Source: Candidatus Thorarchaeota archaeon | GTDB lineage: Archaea; Asgardarchaeota; Thorarchaeia; Thorarchaeales; Thorarchaeaceae | Length of the DNA stretch: 48,355 bases | Direction: 5' to 3' | Assembly: GCA_046758445.1 (NCBI GenBank) | Contig: JBHIAE010000023.1 | Span: 1 to 48,355, forward strand | Part shown: positions 27,157-36,361 of the stretch, in pieces | Numbering within the stretch: the stretch's first letter is position 1 | How the letters are laid out: every line of letters starts with the position of its first letter | The notes under the pieces: model-generated | The model's database searches: none | What the model was told of the DNA's origin: nothing | The model's input: the letters and a program-made list of their open reading frames with translations, nothing else | Position numbers and translations under genes: made by a program

Positions 27157-28998
27157 CTATAGCTCTTTGTAGCAGGGCTTTGCAAGCATGCTCACTAGTT
27201 CCTTTCTCAATCTATGCTCCTGAACATAGCCGCTCAGCTCTACGTCGCAGAGCTTGATATACGGAAGTTCAGGGAGGTCTTGTTCACGAATCTCCACACC
27301 CGGGTCGTCCACGTTTATCGATTGAAGAACGGACTCAGCAATGCTCATCTCCTCCATCATCCGTCTAAGCAGATCATATACGGGCTCGCACCAGAAGCAG
27401 TGATGCGATCTGTAGAACTTGATGCATGCCTCTTCTCCACACGGTAGCTCTGACAAATCACGCCAGGCCGGCAAGAGGCAAACGAACTTGGTTCCCTGGG
27501 TGTGATCTCCTTCTATTCTATCCTCAACCCATATCTCCCCACCAAGATTCCGCACAATGTTGTCAACAAGTGTTAGACCCAGGCCTCTTCCAACAACTTG
27601 AGCGTCGGGACTGCCAGTCCTCTTGAAAATGAACTCCTTCAACTGGTCAGGTATTCCGGGTCCTCTGTCAGAGAACTCAATTCGAATCAGCCTGTTTGCG
27701 TCAATTGCCTGAGCCATGACATCGACTTCAACGTCATCGCCTTCCCAGTACATGACTGAGTTGTGAATGATGTTGAAGAGGACTTGTTCAAGGTAGTCAT
27801 GGCCACGGACGAGAAACTCTCCTTCACCAATATTGGAATTCAATGTAATGTTCTTCCAAGCAAAATCGTCTCGTACTGATTGCAACGCCGCTTCCAAATA
27901 CTTGTGTAGGTCTGTCTTCACTTTCGGTGGTGGATTGTCTCTGAGGCTGATTATGGCTCTCATATTAGCTATCATTCGGGCAGATCTTCTGACATTCCAA
28001 GTTCCCTCTCGAATGATCGAAACTAGGTTCTCAGGAATCTCCAACTGTGACTCCATCAGACCCATCGCGAAGAGAATTGCTTGATTAATACTGTTGAGAT
28101 CATGAGTGGCAACCTCAAGAAGCAAGTTTGCCCTTTCTGCCTCCAATCGCTCTCTTTGCTCAGCGAGTTTGGCCCTATCAATGTCCTGGGCCATGAAACC
28201 GATTCTTCTGGCCCCTTCGCCACGCTCTATCGGGCCGGCTGTCACACGTACCCAGATGGGCTTGCCATCAGCTTTTCTCATCAGCATCTCGATTCCAGTG
28301 ACAGACCCGCCATCAAGCAACCCGGAAACGACGGCACTCCCGGCCTTGAACGCCTCTGGGTCAGTCGGAAGGAACGACTCGATGCTGCGTCTGATCATTG
28401 CCTCTTCTGTATATCCAAGCAGTTCCATCGCAGCTCGGTTAACCTGCAATACGATGCCGCGGGGGCTCAATGTGAAGTAGGCGATAGGTGATGATTGGTA
28501 GAGCTGCCGATACTTCGCCTCTGACCGTTCGATTGCCGCTTCAAGCTTCAGGTGCTTGGTCATGTCTCTTACAATCCCGACAACCGCTGGGCAACCTTCA
28601 TAGGCAAAGTTGGCTGTGCTCATCTCTGTGATGAGTGCCTTCCCAGTCTTAGTCAACATTCGGAGTCTGTAGGCATGTTTCTGTGTTACATCCAGGTCGA
28701 ACTTTTCATACTCTTCTTGGTACACGTGGGACGTCACAGGATCTAGTAGAGTTTCAAACTCCATCCCAATGAGTTCACCCTGCTGATAGCCGAGAATCCG
28801 GGCAAAGGCAGGATTGACCATCGCTATCTTGTTGTCCTGAATTACAACTATCCCGTCATTCGCCATTCGGATTATGCCCTTGTATCTGTCCTGAGAATCA
28901 AGACCGTTTGTGGGCTTATTCTCGCGCAAACCACAGCACATCCGAAATGGCGCTTGCATCCTCGTACTATGTTCGTGCACTTGACTTGTGGACTTCAA
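27157..28998 (-). CDS. PAS-PAS sensor histidine kinase with C-terminal thioredoxin-like CxxC domain
   Basis: Two PAS domains; H-box THDLNS; N-box NIIHNS; DRGPGI; GRGLGL; tail FYRSHHCFWC..INVD..LP. True start probably downstream of 28998. Confidence 0.9.
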   Translation of the reverse strand: MKSTSQVHEHSTRMQAPFRMCCGLRENKPTNGLDSQDRYKGIIRMANDGIVVIQDNKIAMVNPAFARILGYQQGELIGMEFETLLDPVTSHVYQEEYEKFDLDVTQKHAYRLRMLTKTGKALITEMSTANFAYEGCPAVVGIVRDMTKHLKLEAAIERSEAKYRQLYQSSPIAYFTLSPRGIVLQVNRAAMELLGYTEEAMIRRSIESFLPTDPEAFKAGSAVVSGLLDGGSVTGIEMLMRKADGKPIWVRVTAGPIERGEGARRIGFMAQDIDRAKLAEQRERLEAERANLLLEVATHDLNSINQAILFAMGLMESQLEIPENLVSIIREGTWNVRRSARMIANMRAIISLRDNPPPKVKTDLHKYLEAALQSVRDDFAWKNITLNSNIGEGEFLVRGHDYLEQVLFNIIHNSVMYWEGDDVEVDVMAQAIDANRLIRIEFSDRGPGIPDQLKEFIFKRTGSPDAQVVGRGLGLTLVDNIVRNLGGEIWVEDRIEGDHTQGTKFVCLLPAWRDLSELPCGEEACIKFYRSHHCFWCEPVYDLLRRMMEEMSIAESVLQSINVDDPGVEIREQDLPELPYIKLCDVELSGYVQEHRLRKELVSMLAKPCYKEL

Positions 28999-29087
28999 CG
29001 AACAGTTAATGGTCCTTCTAGCTGCACATAATCTTTGTTGGTGTCGGAGCGGTCATCTATCTTCACCTTGGACTTGGTCCAGTCCCA

Positions 29088-29113
29088 AACATTTTAATAC
29101 TTGTTCAAATGTT
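29088..29113 (+). promoter_or_regulatory. SmtB/ArsR-type 12-2-12 operator overlapping a TATA-like element
   Basis: AACATTTTAATA-CT-TGTTCAAATGTT, 10/12 inverted match, directly upstream of the ArsR gene. Confidence 0.8.
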
Positions 29114-29131
29114 AAATTGTTGTGAGAGAAG

Positions 29132-29443
29132 GTGCAAACACAGAAGCGTGGAATGTTAAGCTCCTCAGACGCAGAGAAGACAGCACGGATTTTCCGAGCA
29201 CTGACCGATGAGTCAAGACTAAGAATCGTTCATCTTCTGATGACTGAGAAGCGAATCTGTGTTACCGACATTGCGCAGATGCTTGGACAAAGTATCAGTA
29301 GTGTTAGTCACCATTTGAGAATACTTAGAGACCTCGGCTTCATCAAACGTGAAAGAGAGGGAAAGCGCATCTTTCATTTCTTGGATGATGAGTGCATTGA
29401 TGACATCATGAGGAGAGCGGTAGAACATGTCCGTGGAAAGTGA
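29132..29443 (+). CDS. ArsR/SmtB family metal-responsive repressor
   Basis: IFRALTDESRLRI, ICVTDIA, SSVSHHLRILR, REGKRIF. Confidence 0.93.
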   Translation: MQTQKRGMLSSSDAEKTARIFRALTDESRLRIVHLLMTEKRICVTDIAQMLGQSISSVSHHLRILRDLGFIKREREGKRIFHFLDDECIDDIMRRAVEHVRGK

Positions 29444-31355
29444 CCAAGTGTGCAGTCACTGCGCAAAGAATGAAGAGGAAGACAAGAACTCGAGCATGAA
29501 TGAGAAGTATGTCATCGGCGCCGTATCAACCGTTGCCTGGACACTTGGGCTAGTGTTTGAGTTTCTTCTCTTCAACACTTTCGTAGTCTACATCCTCTCT
29601 TTGGTCACAATGATTCTAGCAGGCAGGTGGATCATTCCTCGTGGACTTCGGGGGGCTGCGAAGATTCACCTCGATATCAATTTCCTCATGACGTTTGCAG
29701 CATTTGCTGCGCTGGTCATTGGAGCCCCTCTGGAAGGGGCATCAGTCATGTACCTCTTCTTCATTGCTAACCTGCTTGAAGACAAAGCGGGAGCCCAGGT
29801 GAGAGATGACATAGGAAGTCTACTTGACTTGGCCCCGAATCAGATCTCAATAAAGACCTCCTCTGGGGTATACTCTTTCCCAGTTGAGTCTGGTAAGATT
29901 GGAGAAACCATGGTCGTGAAGCCCGGAGAGAGAATCGGACTCGATGGCATAGTACTTTCTGGAGGAAGCAATGTCAATCAGAGCCCCATCACGGGCGAGT
30001 CAGTTCCGGCCTCAAAGGGCATTGGTGATGAAGTCTTTGCGGGCACTATCAATCTAGACGGATATCTTGAGGTAGAAATCACTCGTGAATCGCAGGAAAC
30101 CGTTCTGTCTAGGATTGTTAAGCTGGTAGACGAAGCGAGTCTGAAGAGGTCTCCAACAGAGAAGCTTGTATCACGGTTCTCTCATGTCTATACTCCTCTC
30201 ATAGTTGTCGGGTCTCTGATTGTCGTATTACTCACGTTCGTCTTTCTACAGTCAACGCTGGAGGCCGCAATCTATCGAGGACTGACTTTGCTGGTGACTG
30301 CCTGCCCTTGCGCTTTTGTCATTTCCATCCCTGTCAGCATGGTTTCTTCAATCGCAGGCTCGGCGAGAAATGGTGTTCTCGTGAAAGGCTCAGAATACAT
30401 CGAGGCTCTCAGCAAACCGTCATTGGTTGCCTTTGACAAGACAGGTACTCTAACAAGTGGAGAACTCCGGGTTGATCAAGTCATGACCTATAATGGCGCG
30501 ACCAAGACGGATGTACTGGGGATTGCTGCCTCACTTGAGCAGCTGTCCGAGCACCCGATTTCTTCCGCAATCTTGACTGCAGCTACCTCTGATCTTGTGC
30601 CAACCCACGAAATCAGAGAGTTTGAAGTACTGCCCGGAAGAGGAGTGGAAGGGAAACTCGGGGATCAGACCGTCGTCGTTGGCAACGCAGCATTGATGAC
30701 AATCAATGGAATAGCGGTTGAGGACGACGAAGAACTGACTATCGGGACCAAGGTCTTCGTAGCCAAGAATGGACAACACGTCGGTACAATCATACTATCT
30801 GACACTATCAGACCTGTTGCCCGAGTAACGGTCAAGGCATTGAAACACATGGGAATTCGGACTCTTATGATTACAGGTGACACAGAAGCAACTGCGAGGC
30901 ATGTCGCTGAATCGCTAGGCATTGATGAGTACAGAGCAGAGCTTCTCCCACATGAAAAGGTCGCTGTGGTGGAGTCACTTCCTCGCAACGGGACGCGGAT
31001 GATGGTAGGTGATGGGATAAATGATGCGCCTGCAATGGCAGTTTCTGATGTGGCGATTGCGATGGGAGTCATAGGAAGTGACCTGGCTCTTGAAACCGCA
31101 GACGTCGCACTCATGAAAGATGACCTAGAAGAGATTACGCATCTGATAGGGCAAGCCAGGAAGACCATGCAGATTGTGAAGCAGAATGTTGCTCTTTCGA
31201 TCGGCGTTAAGGCTATCATAGCAGTTCTTGCGACAGTAGGCTTGGCAACGCTATGGATGGCAGTGGGTATCGGTGACATGGGTCTTTCTCTGGTAGTTAT
31301 CGCGAATGCTCTCAGACTAGCGATTAGAAGGCAACCGGCTCTCGCCAGAGTCTGA
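29427..31355 (+). CDS. cadA: Heavy-metal P1B-type ATPase (CadA/ZntA-like)
   Basis: TGES, CPC, DKTGT, SEHP, TGD, GDGINDAP; N/K and D residues in the C-terminal TMs typical of P1B-2. Confidence 0.92.
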   Translation: MSVESDQVCSHCAKNEEEDKNSSMNEKYVIGAVSTVAWTLGLVFEFLLFNTFVVYILSLVTMILAGRWIIPRGLRGAAKIHLDINFLMTFAAFAALVIGAPLEGASVMYLFFIANLLEDKAGAQVRDDIGSLLDLAPNQISIKTSSGVYSFPVESGKIGETMVVKPGERIGLDGIVLSGGSNVNQSPITGESVPASKGIGDEVFAGTINLDGYLEVEITRESQETVLSRIVKLVDEASLKRSPTEKLVSRFSHVYTPLIVVGSLIVVLLTFVFLQSTLEAAIYRGLTLLVTACPCAFVISIPVSMVSSIAGSARNGVLVKGSEYIEALSKPSLVAFDKTGTLTSGELRVDQVMTYNGATKTDVLGIAASLEQLSEHPISSAILTAATSDLVPTHEIREFEVLPGRGVEGKLGDQTVVVGNAALMTINGIAVEDDEELTIGTKVFVAKNGQHVGTIILSDTIRPVARVTVKALKHMGIRTLMITGDTEATARHVAESLGIDEYRAELLPHEKVAVVESLPRNGTRMMVGDGINDAPAMAVSDVAIAMGVIGSDLALETADVALMKDDLEEITHLIGQARKTMQIVKQNVALSIGVKAIIAVLATVGLATLWMAVGIGDMGLSLVVIANALRLAIRRQPALARV

Positions 31356-31362
31356 TGATTTC

Positions 31363-32961
31363 CTATTTGTACCTGTCCAGTGCTGAAACTGCAGCTATGA
31401 CAAAGAGGAAGACGAAGGCTAATGTGACTGCGGGCAAGGCAACCACTATGACTAGGCTATCTGCGAGAGCGGCTGCGAGGGCAATCGTGAAGCCCCCTAG
31501 TGTCAAGTTGATTATTGGAAAGGAGAAGGCAAGTGGGACTGGCAGATTGCCCGGTTCGTTCGTCACTACAGGGACATAGGCACCTATTGCCGTGCCAACG
31601 GCTGAAAACAGCAGAATCAACGGAGCAGCCAAGAACATCAGAGCGGTTACGCCCTGTAGTTGAAAGAAGAATCCAATGAAACCCAGAATCGGGATGGCCG
31701 CAATAGCGACTTCCACCACGCTCAAGACATACTTTGCTAGAACGATGTCGATAGGTCGAAAAGGACCTGCTTTCAGAAGGTACACATTCTCACTCTCATC
31801 GACGAAACCAGTAAGAGAAGTCACACTAGTTACTTGGATCATCAGCAGCAGCAATAGTAGGAACGTTGGCAACACAGTCATTCGTGGAGCCGGCGTGATG
31901 TTCAGAGTCAAGAATCCAGGTGGGGCAAACAGACTTAGGTATATAACAAACCCGGTGCCAATCACTGCATAGGCATACTTCAAGATTTGCATTGGACTTC
32001 TCATCCTAGACCAGAAGTCTTTGAGGATTATCCAGAACATGGGGTCATTGAATCTAGTGGACGAGAAGTCGACCTGGCCGCGAAGAATCCTATTGAATCT
32101 TCCTTCAACCTTGTCTTTACCGGCAGAGGCCGCGAACGCCTCGTAGTAATCGCGGTCACAGAGACCGACTAGAACCAGAAACGAAACCACGAAGCTTAGG
32201 TGTAAGAAGTAGATTCCCAGTCCCGGTCCATAGCCCCAGTTGAGTATGTCAAAGGCTTCAGTCAGCACATAGGCGACACTGTTGGGGGGCCAAGACATGG
32301 CTTCGACAAAGTTGTCTGTGAAAAGTGGCAGTGAGGGGAGGAATACCAGCAGTCCCAGGACAAGACTTGTGACATGTCTGGCAACACTCTTGGTTCTCAA
32401 GCTCAATTTGATGCGAAGGTATGCAGCAATCCCCCCCAAGAAGTAGTTCACTTCGAAGAAAATGATGATTGTCACTATTATCATTGAAAGAGGAAGAACT
32501 AGAAGGTTGGCCTCTGTTACCAGAGGGAAAACAGCCAAGACCCCTGTGAAAGCGAAGATCATTTTGCGAGTGAAACGCCTTGTGTATCGACCAATGAAGA
32601 GCTGGTGGGGTTCCACAGGGCTTGTCATAAGAACGGATTCATCGACCTCACTAACTAGCGCTGCTGGTCCTAGTCCAAAGTAGCCTCCGACGACCGAGGA
32701 TGCACTGAGTATTCCAAATGCCGTGAAGACCATTCCTCTGTCAATTGAGGTTTCTAGATTCGATTTCAGTGTAAGAAGAACAGGTCCAAGGCTCAGCATT
32801 GCCGAGATGACCGTGCTGACAAAGTAGACTCCAATAATAGTAATAGAGTAGAACATGAGCATGGAACGATTAGTGGCTGTGCGCTTGAATTGGTTCCACA
32901 TCATCCTGATTTCGTTCAGAATGAGAGTCCTAGTGGTAGCAGCCAATTCGTTCTCCTCCAC
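31363..32961 (-). CDS. ABC exporter permease
   Basis: Duplicated multi-TM architecture (LMTSPV; LLKAGPF..IVLAK); abuts the ABC ATPase. Confidence 0.8.
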   Translation of the reverse strand: MEENELAATTRTLILNEIRMMWNQFKRTATNRSMLMFYSITIIGVYFVSTVISAMLSLGPVLLTLKSNLETSIDRGMVFTAFGILSASSVVGGYFGLGPAALVSEVDESVLMTSPVEPHQLFIGRYTRRFTRKMIFAFTGVLAVFPLVTEANLLVLPLSMIIVTIIIFFEVNYFLGGIAAYLRIKLSLRTKSVARHVTSLVLGLLVFLPSLPLFTDNFVEAMSWPPNSVAYVLTEAFDILNWGYGPGLGIYFLHLSFVVSFLVLVGLCDRDYYEAFAASAGKDKVEGRFNRILRGQVDFSSTRFNDPMFWIILKDFWSRMRSPMQILKYAYAVIGTGFVIYLSLFAPPGFLTLNITPAPRMTVLPTFLLLLLLMIQVTSVTSLTGFVDESENVYLLKAGPFRPIDIVLAKYVLSVVEVAIAAIPILGFIGFFFQLQGVTALMFLAAPLILLFSAVGTAIGAYVPVVTNEPGNLPVPLAFSFPIINLTLGGFTIALAAALADSLVIVVALPAVTLAFVFLFVIAAVSALDRYK

Positions 32962-33900
32962 TTATCGACCAGGAATACCTCCTGTGAGTTCCAAGAAGAC
33001 CTCCTCTAGGTTGGTGGCGCCCTTGGCCTCTGTCAGCAGCTCATCAAGTGTACCTCTGCCGACGACGATTCCTTCGTTCATTATCACAAATCTGTCGCAT
33101 AAACTCTGAGCCACTTCGAGGATGTGCGTTGAGAGAAGAATCGCCGACCCGCTCTCTTTGAGCTCATGAAGATGGGCCTTGAGACTCCATGCCCCTCTAG
33201 GATCAAGCCCGTAGATGGGCTCATCAAAGGCAAGCACGTAAGGCGGTCTTCGAATGAATATGCCTACGAGCAAAGTCCTCTGCAGATTCCCCTTAGACAG
33301 AGTTCCAACGTAGTTGTCCAAGTACTCTCCAAGTTGAAACAGTTCCTGATATTGAGTCATTCTTACTGCGGCCTCTGCGGTAGAAACACCGTGAATTCGG
33401 GCCATGAACATCAGGTATTCGCGAACGGTCAGGTTTGGATAGCATGTTGGCTTCTCAGGAATGTAGCCGATTAGTTTCTTGGCTGAAATCGGCGAACGAA
33501 TGACATCGTGTCCTCCTACGCTCACACTTCCTTTCGTAGGCCTGATAATGCCTGTTACGACTCGGAGGGTCGTAGTCTTTCCGGCTCCATTAGGACCCAC
33601 CAACCCAACTATCTCACCAGGAGAGACCGTCATGGTCAAGTCGTCGACGGCGATTGTCGCGCCGAATCTTTTCGTCAACCCTCGAATGTCAATTGCAGGA
33701 TCGCTCAGAGGCTCACTTGGTCCGAAGGTTTCTTCAGCGTTCTTATCAACGATGTCTAGAATCTTGCCGACCAGCGCGGTTCTTGTGACGGACCGCTGGG
33801 TGAGGGGTATCTTGAGAGCTCGCGCCAGTTTCACGAGCTCATCGCTATTCATCTTCAGCAATGCTTCTTGGTCAAGCGTCAGACACAATTCCTCCGTCAC
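32962..33900 (-). CDS. ABC ATP-binding protein with N-terminal Rho_N/HeH-like extension
   Basis: GPNGAGKTT, LSKGN, FDEP, STH, LEEVFLELT; N-terminal LLKMNSDELVKLARALKI..TRTALVGKIL. Confidence 0.9.
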   Translation of the reverse strand: MTEELCLTLDQEALLKMNSDELVKLARALKIPLTQRSVTRTALVGKILDIVDKNAEETFGPSEPLSDPAIDIRGLTKRFGATIAVDDLTMTVSPGEIVGLVGPNGAGKTTTLRVVTGIIRPTKGSVSVGGHDVIRSPISAKKLIGYIPEKPTCYPNLTVREYLMFMARIHGVSTAEAAVRMTQYQELFQLGEYLDNYVGTLSKGNLQRTLLVGIFIRRPPYVLAFDEPIYGLDPRGAWSLKAHLHELKESGSAILLSTHILEVAQSLCDRFVIMNEGIVVGRGTLDELLTEAKGATNLEEVFLELTGGIPGR

Positions 33901-34011
33901 GATAGTCTGAGTGTAGCTGCTATGTGTCCGTCATGAGTCCCCTTACCATGTTAAGAAGTCAGTGGTATGAGAAGGAATGCACCAAGTTGATGATTCTGAC
34001 TCAGAATTGAT

Positions 34012-34707
34012 TCATGCCTCAAACGGGATTGGACCGATTAGACTCAGTGACCAGTTCTTGACCTCGGTCAATAGAGGTACTACCTCAACGCCTTGTTTGT
34101 GAGCCTCTCTCAAAGCTACACCGAAGTCTGGATCTGTATCATCGTTGGGGGAGAACACAAATGCGTCTGGTCTCTGTATCACAAATACCACAGCGGCCCT
34201 TGAGGCTAACCGTTTCTTTAGGGTTTCGGAGAGGTGCCTCATGTGTCTGGCCCCTCTGACTGTCGGAGCGTCAGGGAACATCGCTCTTCCATTCTTAACA
34301 AGAGTACAGGACTTTACCTCGATGAAGGTGATGCCGCTTTGACCCACCAGTTTGAAGTCAAACCTGCCGCCAAGCATCCTCGGCTCAGGCAAGACTGTTT
34401 CATAGTCGATAAACATTTCCAGTCTTCTGCCTTCTAGTAGGCGCTTCATGAAGCGATTTGGAAGGTTAGAGTCGATGGAAACAAGGGCACCTTCATGCTG
34501 TACGCAAAACATGTCGAAGTCGGTCTTTCTGTGCTTCCCCGGTCTGTATCTCAGGTATACTGTCTTACCTGGCACCATCAGTTCATGCATTCTGCCAGGA
34601 TTTGGGATGAAGGCTTCCACGATGGAATCACCAAGCTTCACCTGTCCAAGGAAACGGTTGGGTCTGTCGATGAGGCTGGCCTTCATTACCTCTCCGACTA
34701 TTGGCAT
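34012..34707 (-). CDS. sfsA: DNA/RNA nuclease SfsA
   Basis: RPNRF, PNPGRM, RFDF, IEVKSCTL, FPDAPTVRGARH, FVIQR. Confidence 0.95.
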   Translation of the reverse strand: MPIVGEVMKASLIDRPNRFLGQVKLGDSIVEAFIPNPGRMHELMVPGKTVYLRYRPGKHRKTDFDMFCVQHEGALVSIDSNLPNRFMKRLLEGRRLEMFIDYETVLPEPRMLGGRFDFKLVGQSGITFIEVKSCTLVKNGRAMFPDAPTVRGARHMRHLSETLKKRLASRAAVVFVIQRPDAFVFSPNDDTDPDFGVALREAHKQGVEVVPLLTEVKNWSLSLIGPIPFEA

Positions 34708-34780
34708 GTCGGTTCTCCTCTTTCAAACGAACGCACATCATCCCCCATTGTTCTTCCGGTGCGACTGTTTCGGATGGGAT

Positions 34781-35882
34781 CTACATGAAATCCACGAGTG
34801 TTGATTGAGATGCATGTTCGCTTAACCCTGAAACCTTCACACCAATCAGCCGCACATACCTATCTGGGTTTCTCTTACGATCGAACAAATCTATGGCAAG
34901 CTGACTGAGCTTCTCTGGATCATTGGTATCAACCGGAATCGACCTGCTCCGTTGGATGGTCGTATAGTCGGCATATCGAAGCTTTATGGTGACGGTCCGG
35001 AACCTGAGTGCCTTCTGATGTAATCTCTCACCAATACGTCGGCACATCTTGCTAATGGTGTTGTGAAGAAAGTTCGTCGCCTCGGGCTCAACGTCTTCCA
35101 TGAACGTATAGTCCTTACTCATTGACTTTCGGACTCTGGGTCCGTTGTCTATCAGCGGTCTTTCATCGATTCCTCTGGCACGGTCATGAATCCACTTGGC
35201 TCCTCTTCCCATGATTGGCATAAGGTCGACAACCGTCATTGATTGGAGCTGGCCAAGAGTCTCTATCCCGTATCGAGCCAGTCTTGCAGCAGTCTTCTTG
35301 CCCACGCCATTGATTGCATCTACACTCAGTGGTCTGAGAAAAGCCTGCACATCATCCGGGTCTAGACCAACAACAGTGATTCCCAAGGGTTTGTTCATCC
35401 CAGTCGCAACCTTGGCTACAGCCATATTGGGAGCCACACCAATAGAGCAGGGCAGTCTGGTTCTCCGCTTCACCTCCCTCTGGATCATGAGTGCGAGTTC
35501 TCTTGGGCTCTCGTACTCCTGTACAAGTTCAGTCACTTCGATGTAGGCCTCATCTATGCTCGCCCGTCGGACTCTCCGTCCGTCAGAGTGATCTCTGAGA
35601 ACCTCCATTACCTCAGTGGAAGCCTCAATGTAGCTTGAGAAGTCGCCGGGAACAAAGACAGCTTCCGGACACAATCTATACGCCTTGGAAACCGGCATTC
35701 CGGAATGGATGCCGTGGTCTCTTGCCTCATATGAGGCTGCTCTCACTACACCTCTTCCGTGGCCCCCCTTCGGATCATGACCGACACATACTGGCTTGCC
35801 AGCCAAGTCCGGGTAGTTTCTATACTGTTCAACGGCGGCGAAAAAAGGCGTCCATATCCACATGCATAATCCATCTATTCAC
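34781..35882 (-). CDS. dinB: DNA polymerase IV (Y family), interrupted by one extra T at 35841-35846
   Basis: N-terminal VNRWIMHVDMDAFF lies in a different frame from AAVEQ..ASYEAR..SIDEAY..KPLG. C-terminal PIP box QSTLVDFM. Confidence 0.93.
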
Positions 35883-36361
35883 AAGTGTGACCCGCCAATC
35901 AATTATGATTGGAATGACTTTTGGGTTTCTCCGTCCTTTTGTCTGATCGAATGTACCATCTATGCGGGGGGAGTTTGCCGAACATAATGAGAGAAGCGTA
36001 AGGCCGCGTATAGTCGACAACAAGGACGTGGATTTGAAGGTCGATTTCCTGCCGCCTTATACTCAGTTTCCGAGTACCAGAACGGCCGAAAGATGGTCAC
36101 CATACCATACTCAGATTGAGTGTATGACTGCTAAGGGAACCAAGAACCGCAACGAAACTAAGGGCGAGAAATGAAGGTTAACAAAGTAACCAAGGTTAGA
36201 CGTGGATTGTCGCACCAGTCCGAGTATTCAGACCCCTTGTAACGAGAAAAGCGGGAGCTGGTCGACAACAACCTGAATATGTGCTGATCTGACTTGAACA
36301 CCGACGAGCTTATGTGAGACCGCTTCCAATCCACGCCATTGCGTGATGTGGAGTCTGGAGG

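Noticed and set aside
32959-32964. In-frame ABC ATPase-permease junction as readthrough
   Set aside because: Stop is TAA directly followed by GTG; ordinary translational coupling
35900-36360. Small ORFs or ncRNA in the dinB-STAND intergenic region
   Set aside because: No motif or convincing extended structure; only a short TCCAC..GTGGA stem near the RBS
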